A stretch of DNA of 64,000 bases from an uncultured Nitrospiraceae bacterium (lineage in GTDB: Bacteria > Nitrospirota > Thermodesulfovibrionia > Thermodesulfovibrionales > UBA6898). A model generated the notes under the pieces. The model saw only the letters and a program-made list of their open reading frames with translations, ran no database searches and was not told the DNA's origin. A program made the translations under genes and the position numbers. Positions 19,859-26,285 of the stretch are shown here, in pieces; position 1 is the first letter of the stretch, and each line of letters opens with the position of its first letter. The DNA lies in assembly GCA_963811165.1 (NCBI GenBank), contig CAWEQH010000004.1, forward strand, positions 815,070-879,069. Direction: 5' to 3'.

Positions 19859-21880
19859 ATGATTGACTCCGGGACCATTATCGAGGCGAGAAATTGTATT
19901 TCTCATCTCGCAAAGTTTGATTTCTCAGTATACGACAGTATGGGCCGTTTGCTTGTCCCTTCGGTCGCCCGAGATAAAATCAGAGACGCTTTGCTTTCAT
20001 CGGAGTCAGGAAAGAGGGAGCAGGAACGCTTTATAAAAAGCGGGATACAGAAGGCGATCATCAGGAAAAAACCCTCCGTATTCAAGGGGCCTGCGAACCA
20101 ATATCATTTTTTTATTCCGGTGCCGGCCGGAGATAAGGCTTTAGTTTTTGTGGGGATTGCTTTTTACACATCTATCGAGGATCTGGACGATTTTTTTATC
20201 AAGAAAAGCCCTGACTTCGGGGTATCTTTAGAGGTTATCGCGGCATTGTTGAAAAAAATCGTTTTAACCGATATGGATGAAGCCTTGAATCTCTCAATCG
20301 ACGTCCAGCGGATATTCAATATTATCGTCAGGGATAATCTCGGCAAGAATGCCGCAACAGATAAATATAGGCATATGGTTACTGTAATGGAACTTTTTTC
20401 CGATCTCGACAGGGACATCAATGAAGAGAAGCTTTACGATTTGCTCGCTGAGGCGATACTCTTGCTTTACGGCGGAGACACGGTTTCCTTTGCGGTCGCG
20501 AATCACGAGAGTTTCTTGCCGACAATAGCAAAAGGGCGGTTCAAGGATCAGATTATTTCCCGCTCTTTGAAAGCTGATAGCGTTCTTATCTCAAAAGTTC
20601 TGAAGAGGCGAAGACCTGTCATGACCAGGGACACAATCGAATTGCTGCGGCTCGGATATCCCGATGATATATCGTCTTTACATATTTTTCCCCTCTTACA
20701 ACGAGATAAGATCTTAGGTCTGTTGAACGTTTTCAATGGCAGATTTAAAGAGGATGAGATCAATGCCATATCGAGACTATGCGGATTCTTTGTCTTTCTG
20801 TTGCGGTCTATCGCTACCCAAAAGACGCTCAGCGAGCACATCAATGGTCTCACTGCCATGAATTTTGTCTTAGACCTGAATACGGAGTTTCAGGATCCCG
20901 ATACTCTTTATCAATCGATTGTCGATGTCTCTTCCAAACTGGTGAGGGCGGAGAGAGTTTCACTCATGCTTCCTGAGGCAAAAAAGGGAGAGCTTCTGAT
21001 TAAAGCGGTGAGAGGGATGAACAAGGCGATCGCAAGGAATATAAGGATAACGGTTGGAGCGGGCATTGCGGGTAGTGTATTTGAAAGAGGAAAACCCCTT
21101 ATCGTTAGTGATATCGAGAGACACCTGTCAACACAGAGGGGGCCAACTTACAGAACCGGGGCCTTTATCAGTATGCCCTTGAAGATTGGGAATGAGGCCA
21201 TCGGTGTCCTCAACTTTGCCGACAGAACCGATCGCGACGTATTTTCGAAGGCTGACATGGTTTTTCTGAATTACTTTGTGTCGTATGTCTCCATCGTGAT
21301 TAAGGGGGCGCAGTACTACCAGATGTCTGAGGAGATGAGAACTCTTTCCATCACCGATTCGCTGACTGGATTATTCAACCGAAGATATTTTGATGAACGC
21401 CTGTTCGAAGAGTTACAGCGTGCGGTGCGCTATGACGCCAAGTTTTCCCTTGCAATCATGGATGTCGATGACTTTAAGTTGTTCAATGACTCCGAAGGGC
21501 ATCTTGCAGGCGATAAGGTTTTAAATGCGATAGCAGAAATATCGAGAGAATCTCTCAGGTCAATTGATATTATCGCCAGATTCGGAGGTGAAGAGTTTGC
21601 TATCATCATGCCGCAGACCGACAGGGAGGAGGCTTTTCTTGTAGCAGAGAGAGTCAGGAAAAATATCAGAGAACTCGTGCCGGCGACTTGGAAGAACTTC
21701 CCGCGTGAATGCCTGACGGTGAGCATGGGCGTAGCAACTTTACCCGCAGATTGCAAAGATGCAAAAACGTTGATCAATAATGTAGATAAGGCGCTTTACA
21801 GAGCGAAGATGCAGGGAAAAGACAGGACTGTCATCTCGGGTGAGGGGGATCCGATGAGGCGTAAAGAAGTAGGGCCCTAG
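19859..21880 (+). CDS. Diguanylate cyclase, N-terminal sensor + GAF-GAF-GGDEF
   Basis: DSLTGLFNRR, DVDDFK..ND..GH..GD, RSID I-site, RFGGEEF; ATG 19859 preferred over TTG 19850. Confidence 0.9.
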   Translation: MIDSGTIIEARNCISHLAKFDFSVYDSMGRLLVPSVARDKIRDALLSSESGKREQERFIKSGIQKAIIRKKPSVFKGPANQYHFFIPVPAGDKALVFVGIAFYTSIEDLDDFFIKKSPDFGVSLEVIAALLKKIVLTDMDEALNLSIDVQRIFNIIVRDNLGKNAATDKYRHMVTVMELFSDLDRDINEEKLYDLLAEAILLLYGGDTVSFAVANHESFLPTIAKGRFKDQIISRSLKADSVLISKVLKRRRPVMTRDTIELLRLGYPDDISSLHIFPLLQRDKILGLLNVFNGRFKEDEINAISRLCGFFVFLLRSIATQKTLSEHINGLTAMNFVLDLNTEFQDPDTLYQSIVDVSSKLVRAERVSLMLPEAKKGELLIKAVRGMNKAIARNIRITVGAGIAGSVFERGKPLIVSDIERHLSTQRGPTYRTGAFISMPLKIGNEAIGVLNFADRTDRDVFSKADMVFLNYFVSYVSIVIKGAQYYQMSEEMRTLSITDSLTGLFNRRYFDERLFEELQRAVRYDAKFSLAIMDVDDFKLFNDSEGHLAGDKVLNAIAEISRESLRSIDIIARFGGEEFAIIMPQTDREEAFLVAERVRKNIRELVPATWKNFPRECLTVSMGVATLPADCKDAKTLINNVDKALYRAKMQGKDRTVISGEGDPMRRKEVGP

Positions 21881-22238
21881 GCTGTGGCATGTTTAGTCTC
21901 TTATTAAATATTTCATGCAATGGTCACTCTGAAAGAAAATCAGTGAAATCAGAGGCATGGGTGCGACTCCGTCTTATAAGGACACTTATAGGATCAATGC
22001 TTTTTTTTCAATATCGAAGTTGAGTAAAATAACGTTGTTTCTCATATTGATATGGAGGCGGGAGAGGATCCGAACCGGTTCGAATGCCTTCTGCGAACTT
22101 CTCGGTATTTGACGGATCGCGATAATTCGGATGCTGAGAGGTCAGAACTTATTGCAAGACTTTAAGAAGAGTTTTTTTGTTTGACTGAGAAAAAAAGTGG
22201 GGGGTACCCCTCTATCTTTCTGAAGGAAGGAGAATCGC

Positions 22239-23546
22239 ATGGACCTGTTGGATAAGATCAAAAATCGCCTGGCGACCATCGGCGTAATTGGACTCGGCTA
22301 TGTCGGACTGCCCCTCATCATTGAATTCGGGAAAGCCGGATTTGAAGTAATCGGTTTCGATACTGATGCCGATAAGATTAGGAGGCTCTACGGAGGCAGG
22401 TCATATATCAAACACATCCCGTCCAGGGAAATAAAGGGATTAAACAATAGCGGAAGATTCAGGGCAACGACGGATTTTTCTCTCCTCAGAGATACGGATT
22501 GTGTTGTCATATGTGTCCCTACCCCCCTCACCAAACACAGGGAACCCGACCTTTCTTATGTCCTGAAAACTGCAGAGACCATCGCGAAGCATCTGCGAGA
22601 AGGACAACTTGTTGTGCTTGAGTCAACGACGTACCCTGGGACTACCGATGAAGATATGAGGCCTTTGCTTGAATCAACAGGTTTGAAGGCAGGCAAGGAC
22701 TTTTATCTTGCCTTCTCTCCCGAAAGGGAGGACCCAAACAACAAATCTTTTTCTACCAGGACAATTCCGAAGATAGTGGGTGGGTATACCAAGAGCTGTC
22801 TTCGGATTGCGAATGCCTTATACAGTACTGTCATGGAAAAAACAGTGCCCGTCTCTTCAACAAGGGTGGCTGAGGCTGCGAAACTTCTCGAAAACATTTA
22901 CAGAGCCGTAAACATTGCCCTTGTAAATGAGTTGAAGGTCCTTTTTGACAGGATGGAGATAGACGTGTGCGAGGTCATCGACGCAGCGAAAACAAAACCC
23001 TTCGGCTTCCAGGCTTTTTATCCGGGCCCGGGATTGGGAGGGCATTGTATACCCATAGACCCCTTCTACCTCACCTGGAAGGCGAGGGAGTACGGCTTCA
23101 GCACCAAATTTATTGAGCTGGCCGGCGAGATTAATACCTCAATGCCTCATTATGTTGTTGAAAAAGTCATAGACGCTTTGAATAAAAACGGCACGAGTAT
23201 AAAATCCGCCAAACTCCTCATCTTGGGCCTCGCTTATAAAAAAGATGTGGATGATACCCGCGAATCGCCGTCTTTAAAATTGATAGAACTCCTGAGGGAA
23301 AAGGGCGCCAGGGTCGATTACAACGACCCCTATATACCGAAGACCCGCAAGATGCGGTCATACGACTTGAAAATGAGTTCCGTGCCGGTTACCAAGAAAG
23401 GCCTGAAGCGCTATGATTGTGTGATTATCGCAACCGATCATTCCACTTATGATTATGAGTTGATCGTAGAAAACGCCAAATGTGTCGTTGATACCCGAAA
23501 CGCTACCGGCAGAATGGGAAAAAAGGACAGCGTAATTAAGGCTTAG
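22239..23546 (+). CDS. UDP-N-acetylhexosamine 6-dehydrogenase (WbpA/WecC family)
   Basis: GLGYVGLP, ICVPTP, LESTTYPGTT, FSPERED, GGHCIPIDP, GLAYKKDVDD.RESP. Confidence 0.93.
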   Translation: MDLLDKIKNRLATIGVIGLGYVGLPLIIEFGKAGFEVIGFDTDADKIRRLYGGRSYIKHIPSREIKGLNNSGRFRATTDFSLLRDTDCVVICVPTPLTKHREPDLSYVLKTAETIAKHLREGQLVVLESTTYPGTTDEDMRPLLESTGLKAGKDFYLAFSPEREDPNNKSFSTRTIPKIVGGYTKSCLRIANALYSTVMEKTVPVSSTRVAEAAKLLENIYRAVNIALVNELKVLFDRMEIDVCEVIDAAKTKPFGFQAFYPGPGLGGHCIPIDPFYLTWKAREYGFSTKFIELAGEINTSMPHYVVEKVIDALNKNGTSIKSAKLLILGLAYKKDVDDTRESPSLKLIELLREKGARVDYNDPYIPKTRKMRSYDLKMSSVPVTKKGLKRYDCVIIATDHSTYDYELIVENAKCVVDTRNATGRMGKKDSVIKA

Positions 23547-23608
23547 TCCGTATCCCTAGCGTTCGTCACAGTTTCTTGACGACCGACAAATCTTCAGCAT
23601 TTTGCGTG

Positions 23609-23649
23609 AAATTCCCTCCAACCGATTGAGGTTAGGAGGGAATTTTTTT
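23609..23649 (+). terminator. Intrinsic terminator of the dehydrogenase gene
   Basis: AAATTCCCTCC-AACC/GGTT-A-GGAGGGAATTT hairpin followed by a T run. Confidence 0.8.
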
Positions 23650-23692
23650 CTCATTATGTAATCTAGCCGTAAGACTTTGATTTTACTGGAAA

Positions 23693-23735
23693 AGTGATGC
23701 AAATCACATCTTTTCCCTTGCTTCCCCAGTACGAT
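23693..23735 (+). promoter_or_regulatory. Crp-family box (AGTGA-TGCAAA-TCACA, 23693-23708) with -10 TACGAT (23730-23735)
   Basis: 15 nt identical to the box at 16368-16382; same 29.5-nt spacing to the -10. Confidence 0.72.
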
Positions 23736-23788
23736 AACAGCATGAAGAGCATTTTCTCTTCATGAGGTCTTTGATATAAAGGTTGCAC

Positions 23789-23886
23789 GTTTCCGAAAAG
23801 GTAAACTCTGGGTAACCAGGGGGCACAAAGTCACGGGTCCTTTCTGAGGAATCTGCCTGAAGGGATGGCCGGTCCGCCGAAGAAAC
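23789..23886 (+). ncRNA. c-di-GMP-I (GEMM-I) riboswitch aptamer #1
   Basis: GGUAAAC-stem(CUCUGG/CCAGGG, GUAA loop)-GGCACAAAG...GCCG; P1 GUUUC-CG/CG-AA-GAAAC; G20, A47 and C92 equivalents present. Confidence 0.9.
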
Positions 23887-23922
23887 AGCACTTCCGGATT
23901 TTATCTTTTTAGGAAAAATGCG

Positions 23923-23959
23923 AAAGGCCTGTTTCCCTTTGAGGAAACAGGCCTTTTTT
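23923..23959 (+). terminator. Riboswitch #1 expression-platform terminator
   Basis: Perfect 14-bp stem AAAGGCCTGTTTCC/GGAAACAGGCCTTT running into a T tract. Confidence 0.9.
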
Positions 23960-24165
23960 ATTATTTTTTTGAGTATTAGATTAAAAAAAATTCATCATTT
24001 CTTAATCGTAATTTAATGTTTCTTCTGTAATGTCAATGGGCGACGTTAGAGGTGATGATAATGGAGCAAAGAATAATGAATGCAAAAAGGATGGCTATGT
24101 CGCTCAACGAAAGACTGCCAAACTCAGCTTTAATGTTACTGAGCGAAAATCACAGAGGTATACGC

Positions 24166-25725
24166 ATGTCGATAATTACTTCCGTAATAAGATATACGCA
24201 GGTTGTCCCACGTTATCTTTTCGTTGGCCTGCTCGCGTTTGCCGTCATAACGCTGTCTATTTCTTCTCCGTACGGCGCCTATGGCGCTCAGGCAACATTG
24301 ACTTGGAACGCTCCAGCCACTAACACTGATGGGACCCCTCTGACGGACCTCTCAGGCTACAAGATTTACTATGGGACAGCCTCGGGTAATTATTCTCAGA
24401 CTATTGATGTGGGAGGCATAACGAGTTCAACTGTTTCCAATTTGACCGACGGAACTACTTATTATTTTGCAATGACTGCATATGATACATCGGGAAACGA
24501 AAGCGCATATTCCAACGAAGTAAGTAAAACAACACAAACTGTCCAGCAATATTCTCTGGCGATAACGAAGAGCGGGACCGGCTCAGGCACGGTAACAAGT
24601 TCTGCGGGGGGAATAAACTGCGGTACTGCCTGCACGGCGACGTACAGTCCCGGTTCAGTAGTAACGCTGACGGCCGCGCCTGCAGGCGGGTCGACGTTTA
24701 CGGGCTGGTCTGGAGGCGGTTGTGCAGGGACTGGAACTTGCTCATTGTCGATGAATGGCAATATAGCGGTAACAGCCACCTTTGGGAGTAACACTTACTC
24801 CATCACCTCAACGGCAGGGGCAGGAGGAACAATATCTCCCTCCGGGACTGTGACCGTGAATGCTGGAACAAGCAAGACATTTACGATTACATCGAATGCA
24901 GGCTATCATGTATCAGACGTAAAGGTTGATGGTGCATCAGTTGGTGCTGTCACGACATATACCCTCAACAATGTAACGGCAAACCATACAATAGCATCGA
25001 CCTTTGCGGTCACTACCTATATAGTCACTCCTTCAGCAGGAGCACATGGCAGTATCAGTCCATCGACCGCGAGGACAGTAAATTACAACGGAACTGCATC
25101 ATTCACAGTGACGCCAAATACTGGATATAATATCGTCTCTGTGACAGGCTGTGGTGGAATGCTATCCGGCAGCACATACACCACCGGCCCCATAACGGCG
25201 AATTGTACGGTAACAGCCACCTTTGGGATTAACACTTACTCCATCACCTCAACGGCAGGGGCAGGAGGAACAATATCTCCCTCCGGGACTGTGACCGTGA
25301 ATTCTGGAACAAGCAAGACATTTACGATTGCTCCCTCTGCCGGTTACTCCATCGGAGCTGTGAAGGTTGATGGTGCATCAGTTGGTGCTGTTGCGACGTA
25401 TACCTTCAGCAATATAAGTTCCGGTCATACCATCTCAGCGACATTCAATCCGGCACAAGTAACATGCGGGAGCCAGCCAGTTAAAGACGGAAATGCATAT
25501 TATCCTTCTGTCCAGACGGCTTACAATGTTGCGCAAAATGGGGCCGACCTGCAGATTCTCGCGACGAGTTTAAGTGGAACTCCGAATCTCACTCGCAATA
25601 TTCAGCTTAGCCTGCAGGGAGGGTATGACTGCGGATTTAACAGCAGTTCTTTATATTCGACTATCTCGGGGGCGCTGGTTATAAGTGCGGGGAGCGTCAC
25701 AATTGAGAATATTATTATCATCTGA
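24166..25725 (+). CDS. Secreted/surface protein: Fn3 + divergent InlB B-repeat-like Ig modules + C-terminal GGYDCGF domain
   Basis: ATG 24166 with GAGG RBS gives a signal peptide; LSGYKIYYG...YYFAMTAYD.SGNES Fn3; GTGSGTVTS..GINCG/FTGWSGG and AGAGGTISPSG repeats. Confidence 0.8.
   Translation: MSIITSVIRYTQVVPRYLFVGLLAFAVITLSISSPYGAYGAQATLTWNAPATNTDGTPLTDLSGYKIYYGTASGNYSQTIDVGGITSSTVSNLTDGTTYYFAMTAYDTSGNESAYSNEVSKTTQTVQQYSLAITKSGTGSGTVTSSAGGINCGTACTATYSPGSVVTLTAAPAGGSTFTGWSGGGCAGTGTCSLSMNGNIAVTATFGSNTYSITSTAGAGGTISPSGTVTVNAGTSKTFTITSNAGYHVSDVKVDGASVGAVTTYTLNNVTANHTIASTFAVTTYIVTPSAGAHGSISPSTARTVNYNGTASFTVTPNTGYNIVSVTGCGGMLSGSTYTTGPITANCTVTATFGINTYSITSTAGAGGTISPSGTVTVNSGTSKTFTIAPSAGYSIGAVKVDGASVGAVATYTFSNISSGHTISATFNPAQVTCGSQPVKDGNAYYPSVQTAYNVAQNGADLQILATSLSGTPNLTRNIQLSLQGGYDCGFNSSSLYSTISGALVISAGSVTIENIIII
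24304..25329 (+). repeat. About 1.03-kb near-identical direct repeat, copy 1 (copy 2 at 26424-27449)
   Basis: Constant 2120-nt offset; only scattered substitutions apart from a divergent patch near 24889-24955. Confidence 0.95.
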
Positions 25726-25791
25726 TATCGTTATCGACCGGTGCCCTGGCTTTCGGGTTACTCGCCTCCCTGGATCTAAATAATAGTCACC

Positions 25792-25834
25792 TGTGACCTT
25801 AATCACAGATTGTTGATGCTGATCGTATTATAGT
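25792..25834 (+). promoter_or_regulatory. Consensus Crp box (TGTGA-CCTTAA-TCACA, 25792-25807) with -10 TATAGT (25829-25834)
   Basis: Exact TGTGA-N6-TCACA; centre 29.5 nt before the -10, i.e. -41.5. Confidence 0.78.
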
Positions 25835-25888
25835 TACGGGAAAGACAGAATATTTGAAGGATCTTTGAAATAGTAGAAAAAGAGTTCA

Positions 25889-25993
25889 TGTTTCCGAAAA
25901 GGTAAACCCCGGATAACCGGGGGGCACAAAGCCACGGGTCCTTTCCGAGGTCAGCATCAGATGGGAAAGGATGGCCGGGTTGCCGAAGAAGCA
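25889..25993 (+). ncRNA. c-di-GMP-I riboswitch aptamer #2 (paralog of #1, AUAA loop)
   Basis: UGUUUCCGAAAAGGUAAACCCCGG-AUAA-CCGGGGGGCACAAAGCC...GGUUGCCGAAGAAGCA. Confidence 0.85.
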
Positions 25994-26022
25994 GTGCTTG
26001 CCCAGGGTAAATCTTATTCGGT

Positions 26023-26060
26023 AAAGCCTGTTTTCCTTCGTGAAGATGGGCTTTTTTTTT
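26023..26060 (+). terminator. Riboswitch #2 expression-platform terminator
   Basis: AAAGCCUGUUUUC/GAAGAUGGGCUUU stem with G-U pairs, 9-T tract. Confidence 0.85.
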
Positions 26061-26132
26061 GGATTGAGTTCGAGTGAAGACATTTTGGTTCTTGAAGTCG
26101 TATCAAGTTTGATTTTTGCCCGTCGCGATAAA

Positions 26133-26224
26133 CACGAAAAAGGCAAACCATCCGAAAGGATGGGACGCAAAGTCACTGGCCTAAGTTCGGACTGTTCCGG
26201 ATATGGCAGCAGGGCTGCCGGGTG
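26133..26224 (+). ncRNA. c-di-GMP-I riboswitch aptamer #3 (canonical Vc2-like)
   Basis: GGCAAACCAUCC-GAAA-GGAUGGGACGCAAAG, 11-nt receptor CCUAAG...UAUGG, GGGCUGCCG. Confidence 0.95.
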
Positions 26225-26230
26225 AATACG

Positions 26231-26281
26231 GTACCTCCTAGGGGCTGGATTTGCACGGTATCCTTAATAATATGGAGGTAC
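26231..26281 (+). promoter_or_regulatory. RBS-sequestering hairpin (translational platform of riboswitch #3)
   Basis: GUACCUCC (26231-26238) is complementary to GGAGGUAC (26274-26281), which contains the SD of ATG 26286. Confidence 0.75.
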
Positions 26282-26285
26282 AGCA

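Noticed and set aside
22053..22085. tRNA/tmRNA-like 3' end on the minus strand (GGTTCGGATCC...CCTCCA)
   Set aside because: T-stem does not pair beyond 2 bp, no cloverleaf can be built, and no integrase is nearby
23563..23582. Inverted repeat TCGTCA-N8-TGACGA as a FleQ-like site
   Set aside because: Single instance, spacer differs from the GTCA-N6-TGAC pattern, and it lies upstream of the terminator
24052..24165. Longer N-terminus for the first adhesin as given in the ORF track
   Set aside because: ATG 24166 has a GAGG RBS and yields a normal-length signal peptide comparable to the paralog
23789..26224. 3',3'-cGAMP-selective (GEMM-Ib) riboswitch assignment
   Set aside because: All three aptamers have G at the position equivalent to Vc2 G20 (23800, 25901, 26142); the cGAMP variants typically have A there
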